NCBI GenBank assembly: GCA_030427205.1
Contig: JAUHXC010000051.1
Span: forward strand, 1,336-65,335
Direction of reading: 5' to 3'
Length of the DNA stretch: 64,000 bases
Source of the DNA: a bacterium
GTDB taxonomy: Bacteria; Myxococcota_A; Bradymonadia; UBA7976; UBA1532
The first letter of the stretch is position 1; each line of letters starts with the position of its first letter. Below are positions 22,538-33,200 of the stretch, in pieces. Made by a program: the position numbers and the translations under genes. A model generated the notes under the pieces. That model saw only the letters and a list, made by a program, of their open reading frames with translations. It did no database searches and was not told the DNA's origin.

Positions 22538-22622
22538 GTCGTCCTCCTGCCCGTGACCCCGAGGCCGGGCGTGTATCTGTATCGGCGCCGGCACACCGCC
22601 GACCCCAACCGAGGAGACCACG

Positions 22623-23459
22623 ATGCACCACGCCCTGAAGACGTTGCTGGCCGCCTTGATTCTGCTGCCCGCCACCGCCGCCGCCGAGCAATCGCCCGAG
22701 CGACCATGGCGCCTCGACCTGCACGCCGAGCTGGGCAGCCTCTGGGTGGCATACCACACCGTCAAGCTCGACCGTGACGGCACCGACATGGACTACATCG
22801 ACGACCTGGGCCAGGAGAACCTGGTGCCCTTCGTGCGCGGCTCGGCCGATCTCTACCTCGGCGACCGTCAGCAGCACGTCGTCACGCTGCTCTACCAGCC
22901 CCTCGAGATCGTCTCGGCGCGCACGCTGGCCCGCGATCTGCTCATCGACGACCAGGTCTTCCCCGAAGGCGCGGCGGTGCGCTCGACCTACAGCTTCCCC
23001 TTCGCTCGCATCAGCTACCTCTACGACTTCGCCGACGGCCCCGACGAGCTGGCCATCGGCGCCTCGCTGCAGCTGCGCAACGCCACCATCGAGTTCGAAC
23101 AGCTCGACGGCCCGGCCTTCCGCAGCCGGCGCGACATCGGGCCGGTGCCCGTGCTCAAGTTCCGCTGGCGCCAGGGCTTCGCCAACGGCGCGTTCGCCGG
23201 CTTCGAGATCGACGGCTTCTACGCGCCGATCAAGTACCTCAACGGCGGCGAGACCGACGTCGAGGGGGCCATCGTCGACGCCAGCCTGCGCGCCGGCCTC
23301 GAGTTGCGGCAGGACGTCGACGCCTTCCTCAACCTGCGCTGGCTCGGCGGCGGGGCGAGCGGCGGCGGCGAAGACGACGACAACCCGGGCGACAACTACA
23401 ACGAGAACTGGCTGACCTTCTTCTCGCTGAGCCTCGGCCTGACCTACGGCGGGCTCTGA
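22623..23459 (+). CDS. Outer-membrane beta-barrel protein
   Basis: Signal peptide (ATAAA), alternating beta-strands, terminal SLSLGLTY; GAGGAG RBS. Confidence 0.75.
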   Translation: MHHALKTLLAALILLPATAAAEQSPERPWRLDLHAELGSLWVAYHTVKLDRDGTDMDYIDDLGQENLVPFVRGSADLYLGDRQQHVVTLLYQPLEIVSARTLARDLLIDDQVFPEGAAVRSTYSFPFARISYLYDFADGPDELAIGASLQLRNATIEFEQLDGPAFRSRRDIGPVPVLKFRWRQGFANGAFAGFEIDGFYAPIKYLNGGETDVEGAIVDASLRAGLELRQDVDAFLNLRWLGGGASGGGEDDDNPGDNYNENWLTFFSLSLGLTYGGL

Positions 23460-23564
23460 CGGCCCGTGCCCGCCGACGGGCCTTGACCGCGCGCCGCGTC
23501 GGGGGCTACTGCTGCCCCGAAGCGGCCCCCCGCCTTGCGGGCCGCGCCCCACGCGGAGGCGGCC

Positions 23565-26500
23565 ATGCCAATGCCAGCCCTGTCCCGAACGCCCGCCCTC
23601 TTCCGAGCCCTCTCGCTGACCCTGCTGACCGCCGGGCTGGCGGCCTGCGTGCCCACCAGCAGCGGCCGCGGCGGCGGATCGTGCGTCGACGGCGAAGCCG
23701 AGGCCTGCGCCTGCCCCGACGGGACCAGCAGCCTGCGCACCTGCGAAGGCGAGCGCTTCGGGCCGTGCCCCTGCGAAGCCACCGGCGACGACGGCGTCGG
23801 CGATACGGGCGCGCCCGACGCAGATCCGGGCGACGACGGCGGCCGGCCCGACGCGTGCCGGCCCCTCTGCGGCGAGCGGGCCTGCGGCGACGACGGCTGC
23901 GGCGGCGCGTGTGGCACATGTGAAGCCGGCGCCTTCTGCACGCCCGAGGGTCAATGCGCCGCCGAGCCCGAGAGCTGCGGCGACGACACCTGCGACGCCG
24001 ACGAGAACTGCCTCTCGTGCGCCGCCGACTGCGGGTGCGGCCCCGACGAGGTCTGTGATCCGGTCGACGCGACCTGCGGCCCGCCGCCGTGTGAACCCGC
24101 CTGCGACGGCCGCGCCTGCGGCGACGACGGCTGCGGCGGCGAGTGCGGCGCGTGCGAGGCCGGCGAGCGCTGCGCCGACGGCCAATGTGTCGAAGACGAC
24201 CCCTGCCCCGACCGCCCGTGCGACATCCTCTGGGCCGCCCGCTGCACCGACGACGCCACCGGCCGGGTGCTGTGCGTGCCCGACGCCGCCGACGGCTGCC
24301 CCGGCGAGAGCCGACGCATCGCCTGTGATTCCGGCCGTGAATGCGCCGAGGGCGCCTGCGCCGGCGCCACCACCGACGTCGAGATCATGTTCCTGCTCGA
24401 TCGGTCGAGCAGCATGGCCGACGGCCGCTGGAATGCCATCGGTGATGCCATCCAAGGCTTCGCCGCCACCTATGGCATATGGCATCGCATGGGCGTGCGC
24501 ACCTTCCCCGGCGAAGGCTGCGCCGCCGGCCCCGTACCGCCGCTGGTCATCAACGCCGCGGTCGGCGTGCGCACCGTGCTCGCCGCGGGCACCGCCCCCG
24601 GCGATCAGACCCCCATCGCCGACGCCTTCACCGACCTCGCGCCGGCCTTCGGCGACTTCGACGAGGCCCAGATCGTCGTGCTGATCACCGACGGCACCGA
24701 GACCTGCGCCGACAATGACGCGGCGCTGCTCGACGCCATCGACGACCTGCGCCGCCGGGGCATCGATCTGCATGTCATCGGCGTCGGCCCACGCGCCGAC
24801 CGGGAGCTCCTCGGCCGCCTCGCCCAGCGCGCCGGCCGCGAGGCCGACCTGCCCGCCATCGACGACGGCGACGACATGGCCCGCTGGCTCGACGGGCTGC
24901 TCGATCGCTACGACGCGACCCGCTGCGATCACGATGGCATCGCCTGCGACGGCGAGGGCCTCGTCGAGTGCCGCGACCGGCGCGTCGTCGAGGCGCGCAC
25001 CTGCCCCGACCTGTGCGTCGACGGCGAGGGCTGCCTCACCTGCTGGCCGCCCGATACGACCCGCTGCGTCGACGCGCAGCGGCGCGAGGTCTGCGGCGAC
25101 GACGGCGACTGGCAGCCGCCCGAGGCCTGCCCCTACTGCCTGGGCGACGACTGCGTCGAGTGCGAGCCGGGCGCCAGCGAGTGCGTCGACGAGACCCGCC
25201 GGCGGGTCTGCGGCGCCGACGGCCGCTGGCAGCCGCCCGTATTCTGCGCCCACTGCCTCGACGGCGACTGCGTCATCTGCCGCCCCGGCGCGACCCGCTG
25301 CGCGACCTTCGAGCGCCAGGAGACCTGCGGCGCGAACGGCGCCTGGGGCGACGCCGCCGCCTGCGTTCATTGCCTGGGCGATGGCGACTGCGTCGACTGC
25401 CGCCCCGGCGCCGTCGAGTGCGCCGACGACGTGCGGCTGCGCACCTGCGACGACGCGGGCCGCTGGCAAGTCGAGCGATGCGACGCGTGCGTCGACGACG
25501 TCTGCCGCGTCTGCCGACCGGGCGAGACCCGCTGCGTCGATGGCACCAGCGACCAGACGTGCACCGCCGACGGCGCCTGGGGCCCGGCCCGGGAATGCGA
25601 CGCCTGCGCCGACGGCCAGTGCCGCTTCATCGTCGAGGCCGACGACGTGCGCCTCGTCGACGGCGCCCGCCCGTCCGAAGGCCGGGTCGAGGTGCGGCAC
25701 AACGGCGAGTGGGGCCACCTCTGCGGCCGCGACTTCGACCGCCGCGAGGCGCAGGTCATCTGCCGCCAGCTCGGCCTGCCCACCGAGACCGCTCAGCACC
25801 GCTTCAGCGAGCCCTTCGGTCGGCCACCGCAAGGGCAGGTGGCGTGGCTCGACAGCGTCGCGTGCACCGGCGACGAGGCGCGCCTGACCGACTGCGACCT
25901 GCAGCCGTGGCTCATCGACGGCAGCTGCACGATCTACGGCCCGGTCTCGATCACCTGCCTCGCCGGCGAGTGCCGGCCCGGGGACGTGCGCTGCGCCGAC
26001 GACACCCACAGCCAGGCCTGCGGCGAAGACGAGCTCTGGCGCGAGCCCGAAGAGTGCGCCGCCTGCATCCGCGGCGACTTTCTCGCGCAGAACCTCTTCG
26101 CGGGCGAGTGCCGCCCCTGCCGCGCCGGCCAGACCCGCTGCCTCGACGCCGATACGGCGCAGACCTGCGGCGAAGACAACGATTGGGACCCGGCCGCGCG
26201 GGTCGACTGCGCGACCGGCTGCGCCGACGGCGCCTGCGTCGGCGACGGCGAGGTGCGCCTCGTCGACGGGCCCGTGCCCTACGCCGGCCGGGTCGAGATC
26301 CGCCACAACGGCGAGTGGGGCCGCGTCTGCGGCCGCAACTTCGACCCCCGCGAGGGCCGGGTCATCTGCCGTCAGCTCGGCCTGCCCACCGAGACCGCCC
26401 AGCCACGGTTCAGCGACCCCTACGGCCGCGCGCCCGCCGACCAGCCCGCGTGGCTCGACAGCGTGGCCTGCACCGGCGACGAAGAGGCCTACACCGACTG

Positions 26501-27461
26501 CGATGCGCCGCCCTGGCTCGTCGACGGCACCTGCGCGATCTACGGTCAGGTCTCGCTCGCCTGCCTCGAGGGCGAGTGCTTCCCCGGCGATACCCGCTGC
26601 GCCGACGACACCCACGTCGAGGTCTGCGGCGACGACCAGCTGTGGCAAGAGCCTGAAGAGTGCGCCGCCTGCGTCAGCGGCGACTATCTGGCGCAGAACG
26701 TCTTCCGCGGCGAGTGCCGCCCCTGCCGCGCCGGCCAGACCCGCTGCCTCGACGCCGAGCGGGCCCAGACCTGCGGCGAAGAGGACGACTGGAATCCGGA
26801 CGCCATCGTCGACTGCCCCGACGGCTGCGCCGAGGGCGCCTGCGTCGGCGACGGCGAGGTGCGCCTCGTCGACGGCCCCGAGCCCTGGGCCGGGCGGGTC
26901 GAGATCCGCCACAACGGCGAGTGGGGCCGCGTCTGCGGCCGCAACTTCGACCCCCGCGAAGGCCGCGTCATCTGCCGCCAGCTCGGCCTGCCCACCGAGA
27001 CTGCTCAGCAACGCTTCAGCGAGCCCTACGGCCGCGCGCCCGCCGACCAGCCGGCGTGGATCGACAGCGTGGCGTGCCGCGGCGATGAAGAAGCCTATAC
27101 CGACTGCGATACGCCGCCGTGGCTCGTGGACGGCAACTGCGCGATCTACGGCCAGGTCTCGCTCGCCTGCCTCGAAGGCGAGTGCGTGCCGGGCGACGTG
27201 CGCTGCAGCGACGACACCCACATCCAGGCCTGCGGCGACGACCAGCTGTGGCAGGCACCCGAAGAGTGCCCCGCCTGCGTCAGCGGCGACTATCTGGCGC
27301 GCAACGTCTTCGCGGGCGAGTGCCGCCCCTGCCGCGGCGGCCAGACGCGCTGTATCGACGCCGACCGGGTGCAGATCTGCGGCGAAGACAATGACTGGGA
27401 TGCAGATGCCATCATCGACTGCCCCGATGGCTGCGTCGGCGACGCCTGCGTCGGCGGCTGA
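23565..27461 (+). CDS. Cys-rich surface lipoprotein with vWA domain and three SRCR domains
   Basis: Lipobox LAAC; CGDDGCGG repeats; vWA MIDAS DRSSS..T..TDG; three VRLVDG..GRVE.RHNGEWG..C..ICRQLG..W(L/I)DSVAC modules. Confidence 0.9.
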   Translation: MPMPALSRTPALFRALSLTLLTAGLAACVPTSSGRGGGSCVDGEAEACACPDGTSSLRTCEGERFGPCPCEATGDDGVGDTGAPDADPGDDGGRPDACRPLCGERACGDDGCGGACGTCEAGAFCTPEGQCAAEPESCGDDTCDADENCLSCAADCGCGPDEVCDPVDATCGPPPCEPACDGRACGDDGCGGECGACEAGERCADGQCVEDDPCPDRPCDILWAARCTDDATGRVLCVPDAADGCPGESRRIACDSGRECAEGACAGATTDVEIMFLLDRSSSMADGRWNAIGDAIQGFAATYGIWHRMGVRTFPGEGCAAGPVPPLVINAAVGVRTVLAAGTAPGDQTPIADAFTDLAPAFGDFDEAQIVVLITDGTETCADNDAALLDAIDDLRRRGIDLHVIGVGPRADRELLGRLAQRAGREADLPAIDDGDDMARWLDGLLDRYDATRCDHDGIACDGEGLVECRDRRVVEARTCPDLCVDGEGCLTCWPPDTTRCVDAQRREVCGDDGDWQPPEACPYCLGDDCVECEPGASECVDETRRRVCGADGRWQPPVFCAHCLDGDCVICRPGATRCATFERQETCGANGAWGDAAACVHCLGDGDCVDCRPGAVECADDVRLRTCDDAGRWQVERCDACVDDVCRVCRPGETRCVDGTSDQTCTADGAWGPARECDACADGQCRFIVEADDVRLVDGARPSEGRVEVRHNGEWGHLCGRDFDRREAQVICRQLGLPTETAQHRFSEPFGRPPQGQVAWLDSVACTGDEARLTDCDLQPWLIDGSCTIYGPVSITCLAGECRPGDVRCADDTHSQACGEDELWREPEECAACIRGDFLAQNLFAGECRPCRAGQTRCLDADTAQTCGEDNDWDPAARVDCATGCADGACVGDGEVRLVDGPVPYAGRVEIRHNGEWGRVCGRNFDPREGRVICRQLGLPTETAQPRFSDPYGRAPADQPAWLDSVACTGDEEAYTDCDAPPWLVDGTCAIYGQVSLACLEGECFPGDTRCADDTHVEVCGDDQLWQEPEECAACVSGDYLAQNVFRGECRPCRAGQTRCLDAERAQTCGEEDDWNPDAIVDCPDGCAEGACVGDGEVRLVDGPEPWAGRVEIRHNGEWGRVCGRNFDPREGRVICRQLGLPTETAQQRFSEPYGRAPADQPAWIDSVACRGDEEAYTDCDTPPWLVDGNCAIYGQVSLACLEGECVPGDVRCSDDTHIQACGDDQLWQAPEECPACVSGDYLARNVFAGECRPCRGGQTRCIDADRVQICGEDNDWDADAIIDCPDGCVGDACVGG
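25647..27455 (+). repeat. Three tandem 606-bp intragenic repeats (SRCR + Cys-rich spacer)
   Basis: Units start at 25647, 26253 and 26859 and are highly similar at DNA level. Confidence 0.9.
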
Positions 27462-27466
27462 CCGGT

Positions 27467-28168
27467 CTACTCGCCCGGCTTGCCCTCGCCCGGCTTCACC
27501 TCGCTCGCCTTCGCCTCGACCTCACGCACCGCCTCGACCGCCGCCGCCGCCCGCGCGACCCGCGGCGGCGCGTTGGGGTGGGACCGCACCCGCTCGCCGG
27601 TATCGGTCACCGCGAACGGGACGAGGTCGCTGGGCTTGCCCGGCGTCGGCAGCAGCGGCTTCGCCCGCCACTCGCCCATGATCCAGATCGCGCAGGGCTT
27701 CTCGGTCTGCGCGCCGCACGCCGCGCGGATGCGATCGGCCAGGGAGATGCCCAGCCGGCTGTCATCCAGCGCCAGCGCCAAGGCATCGGGGCGTTTGCCG
27801 CGCGCGCCGGCCGCCAGCGGACCGCCCAGCACGGTGGCGTGCTCGACCCCGCCCAGCGGCGAGCGGGTGATGCCCACCGGCAGCCGCACCCGCGTACCCG
27901 GATCGAGGCCGTCGAGCCACTTGAGCACCAGCGTCCGGTTGGAGACGTCGGGGCCGTCGATCCAGATCGTCGGCGGCTGCGGGCGCTTGTTGCGCGGCCG
28001 GACCGCGGTGGAGACCCGGTGCTCGGCGCCGGGGCCGATGGCGTCTTTCGGCATCTCGAAGCTCCCGGGCTTGGCCATGGCCGGCGTGGATGCCATGGCA
28101 GTCATACCAGCGATAGCACCGATGGCATACAACCACCGATGACCCTTGCGATAGCTCCGATGGCTCAT
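27467..28168 (-). CDS. Hypothetical secreted protein
   Basis: Signal-like N-terminus, AGGAGG RBS, ATGA overlap with the methyltransferase gene. Confidence 0.65.
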   Translation of the reverse strand: MSHRSYRKGHRWLYAIGAIAGMTAMASTPAMAKPGSFEMPKDAIGPGAEHRVSTAVRPRNKRPQPPTIWIDGPDVSNRTLVLKWLDGLDPGTRVRLPVGITRSPLGGVEHATVLGGPLAAGARGKRPDALALALDDSRLGISLADRIRAACGAQTEKPCAIWIMGEWRAKPLLPTPGKPSDLVPFAVTDTGERVRSHPNAPPRVARAAAAVEAVREVEAKASEVKPGEGKPGE

Positions 28169-28899
28169 GGCACCTCCTTGCGGGCGATCACGAAGACATA
28201 GCCATAATACTGGCCGTAGCGATCGTAGATGTCCGCCTCGGCGATGCTCTCATCCAACGCCGCCGTCAGCGCGGGGCTGCACGGCTGGGCGCGCAGCGTG
28301 GCGACGCGGGCGCGGATCGGGTCGTAGTAGTTCGACCAGTCGCTCGCGGGCAGGATGAAGTCATGAATGACATACCATCCGGCCGCCGCCGTACGCTTGC
28401 GGGTCGTCTCGACGTCGCCGAGGGCCGGATACTCCGCTTCGAGCATCGCGCGCAGGTCCGTAGGCACGTCGGCGGTGAGCCAGACCAACTCGGAGAAGGC
28501 CAGCCGCGCGTCGGGTGAAGCGATGGCATGCCAGCGGCGCAACGCCTTCTCGACGCCGACGCTGTAGGCCGCGCCCTCGCTCCAGATGAGATCCGCCGGG
28601 CCCGGGTGGTCGAGCATCGAGCCATGCCACGCGGTCACGCGGTCGCTGACGTTCGCGGCGGCGGCGCGCTTCTCCAGCTGGTCGAGGAAGGGCCGATGCA
28701 GATCGACGCCGACGACCGCCGCGCCGGGCAGCGCATTGGCCAGCGTGACCGTCGGCTGGCCCGGGCCGCAGCCGAAGTCGATGACGCGGGGCTTGTCGGG
28801 CAGCGGGCCGCACGCGGCGAGGGCCCGCCGGGTCGTGGCCGCGCTGCCGGGCCCCTCGCGGTCGAGGTCGCGGTGCACCTGGAAGAACTCGGGGCTCAC
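28165..28899 (-). CDS. Class I SAM-dependent methyltransferase
   Basis: REGPGS, VIDFGCGPG, DLIWSEGA, YGYVFVI; start placed at GTG 28899. Confidence 0.88.
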   Translation of the reverse strand: MSPEFFQVHRDLDREGPGSAATTRRALAACGPLPDKPRVIDFGCGPGQPTVTLANALPGAAVVGVDLHRPFLDQLEKRAAAANVSDRVTAWHGSMLDHPGPADLIWSEGAAYSVGVEKALRRWHAIASPDARLAFSELVWLTADVPTDLRAMLEAEYPALGDVETTRKRTAAAGWYVIHDFILPASDWSNYYDPIRARVATLRAQPCSPALTAALDESIAEADIYDRYGQYYGYVFVIARKEVP

Positions 28900-28952
28900 G
28901 GGCGGCTCCGGGGGTGGTTCTAGGGTCACGGTAGGATGAGCAGGGGCGCGGT

Positions 28953-29921
28953 TCAAGGTGAGTTCGGCCTGTCGAGGAACCATGTTCTCGCCGGCCGCAA
29001 GCCGATGTCGCTGAAGCCGTAAGCGGAAGCTGCGGCCCGGCGATATGCTACGCGGCAGCGCCCGGCGCCCGAATACCACCCGCAGCCGCGAGAGACGCGA
29101 GCGTCTGAGAGATCCCGAAGCAATGGGGCATCACTCTGATGAGGCTTGATACCCTCCTCCGGGCTCTTGCTCTCGGTCCACTCCCAGACATTGCCCAACA
29201 TGTCGTAGAGCTTCCACGGGCTGGCCGCCCGACCGTCTGGAAGTCCATGGCTCACCGGGTGCGTCTCATCCGCGTTCGCCCCAAACCAGGCGATGTCGCT
29301 CAGTTCGGCCCCGACCTGGGCAGCATAGCTCGCCGACATAGTGCCCGACCTAGCCGCATACTCCCATTCCGCTTCACTCGGCAGGCGATAGCCAGAACAA
29401 CCTTCGAGCGACTCGATTGCATCACATGTGAAGCGGTCGTGGGCACCATCGTGGGGATCACCCACGCAACCTTCCAGGCGATAGCATGATGCCAACCCCT
29501 CCCGCGCCGAGAGCCGGTTGAGGTACAGCAGCGCCGCGTACCACGTCACCCGCTCCACCGGCAGCCTGTCACCGCGAAAGAGTGACGGGTTGCCGCCCAT
29601 CACCGCCCGCCACTGCGCTTGGGTCACCTCGGTGCGCCCGATCGCGAACGTGCGCCGCCCGGGCTCTCCGATACGCACCCGATGTCGGTGCTCATTGTTG
29701 TATCGCCCCGGCTCGTCCTCCGGCGAGCCCATCCAGAACTCACCCGGCGGCAGCACGACCATCTCCGGCCGCAGCGGCTGCGTGGCATCGAGCGGCGGCG
29801 GATCGGCGGCTTTCACCCGCCCACGCAGCCCCACCGCGGCCAGCGGCAGCGCGACGCCGAGCGCGACGAGCACCACACCGCCGGCCAGCGCCCGGCGCGC
29901 CGGGATGACGCGATCGCTCAT
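28953..29921 (-). CDS. Membrane-anchored FGE-sulfatase (SUMF1 / C-type lectin fold) protein
   Basis: N-terminal TM; FWMGSP, TEVTQAQW, YRLPSEAEWEYAAR, LYDMLGNVWEW, RVSRGCGW...GLRPAR. Confidence 0.9.
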   Translation of the reverse strand: MSDRVIPARRALAGGVVLVALGVALPLAAVGLRGRVKAADPPPLDATQPLRPEMVVLPPGEFWMGSPEDEPGRYNNEHRHRVRIGEPGRRTFAIGRTEVTQAQWRAVMGGNPSLFRGDRLPVERVTWYAALLYLNRLSAREGLASCYRLEGCVGDPHDGAHDRFTCDAIESLEGCSGYRLPSEAEWEYAARSGTMSASYAAQVGAELSDIAWFGANADETHPVSHGLPDGRAASPWKLYDMLGNVWEWTESKSPEEGIKPHQSDAPLLRDLSDARVSRGCGWYSGAGRCRVAYRRAAASAYGFSDIGLRPARTWFLDRPNSP

Positions 29922-30209
29922 GGCATCGCTCGCAGAGAGCCAGCGAAGTCATACGCAGTGAAGCAGTCTGAGGATGTCGGTCGCGCCATCAGCGGATATC
30001 GCTCCTACCGGCTCCCGGTACGCAAACGCAGGCTCACCCGTCCTCCGCCGGCTGCGGTTACACGACGCGCTCGGCGCCGTCCGGGCTCACGCCGAGCCCC
30101 TCGGATGTCCTGGTGCCATGACCGTGGATTATCGATCGGATCGCATGGGCACCACGCGGCGGGGCTCACAGGGAGAACCCGATCAAGATTGGGCCAAGGA
30201 GCCAGAGGT

Positions 30210-33200
30210 TCAGGGGACAAGAGGCCAGGTTCTCGCCGGGCGCAGCCCGAGGGAGCGGTTGCGGTAGGCCGGGCGGACGGCGTAGCGATTCGCTGCGCGG
30301 CAGAACCCCGCCGTCGAGTTCCACCCGCAGCCGCGGGAGACACGGTCGCGCGGGAGGGGGGCTTCGACGGGGGTTGCTTCAGAGCGGTCGGTGATATCGT
30401 TCTCGTAAGCATCCTGAACCCATTCGTAGACGTTGCCGATGATGTCGTACAGGCCCCAGTCGTTGGGCTGGCGTTCGCCCTTCACCGGCGCCTGCGCGCC
30501 CCCCGAGCCGTCGTATACCGCGATGTCTGCCAGCGCGCCATATCGCGCCCCGGTCGTGCCGGCGCGGGCCGCGTACTCCCACTCGGCCTCGGTCGGCAGG
30601 CGGTAACCCGCGCAGTCGAGGCCGGCGAACGTCACCGCCCCGCAGCGGAAGTTATCCGCGTTGGTGCAGGTGAACCACCCGTCCTGCCGGCCAATGTCGC
30701 AGTTCCCGGAGCCGAGCTCGCCAACACAGTTCAGAACCCGATAGCAAGGCTCCAGCCCCTCAGCCTTAGACAGCGCGTTCACGTAGGCCACCGCCTCGAA
30801 CCAGTTGACGCTGTCCACCGGGTAGTCGGCGCCGTCACGGCTCGGGCGGCTCTTCATCAACGCCGTCCACTGCGCCTCGGTCACCTCCGTCTCGGCCAGC
30901 CAGAACCCGCGGGTGAGCGTGACCGCGTGCTGGCCTTCGTTGTCGAAGCGCCCCTCTTCGTCCAGGGGGCTGCCCATCATGAAACGCCCCGGCCGAACCG
31001 GCAGCATCGCCGGCCGGTTGTCGGTGGCTGCCAGGACCCGCGCGGCTTCGGCCCCGGCGTCCAGGGCAGCGTCGACCGCAGGCTCAGCGTCGACCAGCGG
31101 CGCGGGCGCGCCACCGTCCACCGGGCCGCCATCCGGCGGCCCGGCGTCGGGCAGCCGCAGGATGCTCGTCGGCGCCGCCACCGCCGCCGCCTCGGCCGTC
31201 AGCGGTCGCGCCTGCCCGACCTCCAGCGTCCAGAGGTCATCGCCGGCCGCCTGCGGGACCTGCGCCCCGCCCCATACGCCATCGAGCAACCACAAGCCCA
31301 GCCACAGCACAGCCGCGGCCACCACAGCCCAGGCCAGCGGCGCGCGCACGCTGCCCCGATCGAAGCCGCCCGCCGAGACCACCTCGCCCGGCGCGCCCCG
31401 CCCCAGCGCGTGGTCCAGGTGCAGCGCGGTCGCGCCGTCGATCGTGGCGCGGCGCACCCGGTCGAAGCCCTCCAGCATCTGCCGGGCGTCGGCCGCGAGC
31501 GCGGTCCCCAGGAACGCGTCCACCCGCGCGACCGCGCCCGCGCTCGGCGCCCGCCGCAGGTCGTACATCGCCTGCCGCAGCCGATCGGCCTCGGCTTCGC
31601 CCGGCGCGCGCGGCCCGCCTTGTCGTGCGGCGAGGGAGGCCGCCTGAGCCTTGGCGATCCGCGCGTCGATCGCAGCCAGGTCACCGATGCCATCCAGCGC
31701 GGCCCACGACGCGAGCAAGTCTTCCTCCGCCGGCACCAGCCGCGACCGCTCGGCCAGCCCCGGCCCGCGCTCGCCGCGGGCGGCGCGCATGCCTTCGAAG
31801 GCATCGATGACTGCCTGCACATGCCATCGCTCGGTGAACACGGCCTTCACCGCGGGCAGCGCCTCGCGCAGAGACTCCGCCCCGTCCCACTCGGCCTCGG
31901 GCACCAGCGCGCAGGCCGCGGCCCACTCGGCCAGCGCGGCGCGATACCCAGGCGTGTCCTCATCGGGCAGCCCCGGCCAGCGCGGCGCGCGCCCCGGCGG
32001 ATCGCCGCCCAGACGCCGGGCGGCGGCGACCAGCCCCTCCGGCGTCATCGGGCAGCGCGCCAGCCCGTCGCTCTCGATCAGGTGGGCATAGCGCGCCTCA
32101 GTCGCCCCACGCCGCGCGGGCGGCCGCGGATCGGGATCGACCCAGACCCGGTCGGGCCACGCCCGCAGCAGCTCGGTCCAGCGCGCCTCGCCCTCGCGGG
32201 CGTCGGTCAGCAGCCGATGGGACAGGATCAGCAGCGGCCCGTCACCGAACCGCCGCGCCACTTGAGCCAAGGTATGCCGCCGCCCGTCTTCGTCGGTGAG
32301 CCAGTCGGGCCGCCGCGAGAACTCGAACGCGCGCAGCGGCACGTGCCGCTCACGCCAGAAGCGCACCAGCCGGTTGAACCCGCCCAGCCAGACGTGCTCG
32401 CCGCTGCCCTGGTCGACGAAGATCGTCAGCGGCTGGTCGATCCGCCGCACCTGCGGCACTACCCGCAGCTGGCCCGCGGCCCGCGCCGTGGCTTCGGCGG
32501 TGGCCTCGGCGTCGATCCGCTGGCCCGGCCGCGCCTGGAAGATCTGCCCCAAGACATAAGCCGACGCGTCGGCCCCGGCCGGCGGCGCGCGCCACTCGGT
32601 CGGCGCGCGGCGGGTCGTATGGGCCCGCTTCTCCGCGGCCAGCCGCCGCCGATCGGCCTCGGCAGCACGCGCCACGGCCTCGCGCTGCTCGATCTCGAGC
32701 GCGCGGCGGTTGCGATAGCGATCGAGCAGCACGGCGCCCATCGCGATGAGCGCCGCGCCGAAGAGCCACGCCAGCCAGTCGCCCAGATCGAAGACCGCCG
32801 GCGCCTGCGCGACGGGCACATGCTGCGCGCGCGGGTTGGGCACCGGCTCCAGCGTCGCGGCGCGCGATGTGGCCGCGTCTGGCATACCGGCGTCGGTCGA
32901 TGCCATCACCGAGGCATCCGCCGATGACTCATCGGATGGCATCTGCGATGGTTCAGAGATGACAAAACCGATGACGACCCCCACCGCGAGCAGCGCGGCG
33001 AAGACCCATCCGAGTGATGACTTCGATGACTCCGATGACTTCGCCAGAGGTCCTTCGATGCCATCCGCCGCGGCGCGCTGCGTGGGCTCATACCGCGCGA
33101 TCGCCGCCCGGATCCGCTCGACCTCGTCCCGATCGCGCCCGAGCGCCGCCGCGAGGCCGTCGGCCCGCGCCTCCAGATCCTCTGCGGTCTGCGCCGGCCA

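Noticed and set aside
21501-27221. 1906-aa minus-strand ORF
   Set aside because: Antisense shadow of the barrel and SRCR genes; stop-free because of high GC3, with no motifs of its own.
29922-30209. Possible DGR template repeat between the two FGE genes
   Set aside because: Not AAC-rich and I could not align it to either lectin C-terminus; no reverse transcriptase in the window.
29619-32927. 1102-aa plus-strand ORF
   Set aside because: Antisense to the vWA-FGE gene; Arg/Pro-rich with no recognisable motifs.
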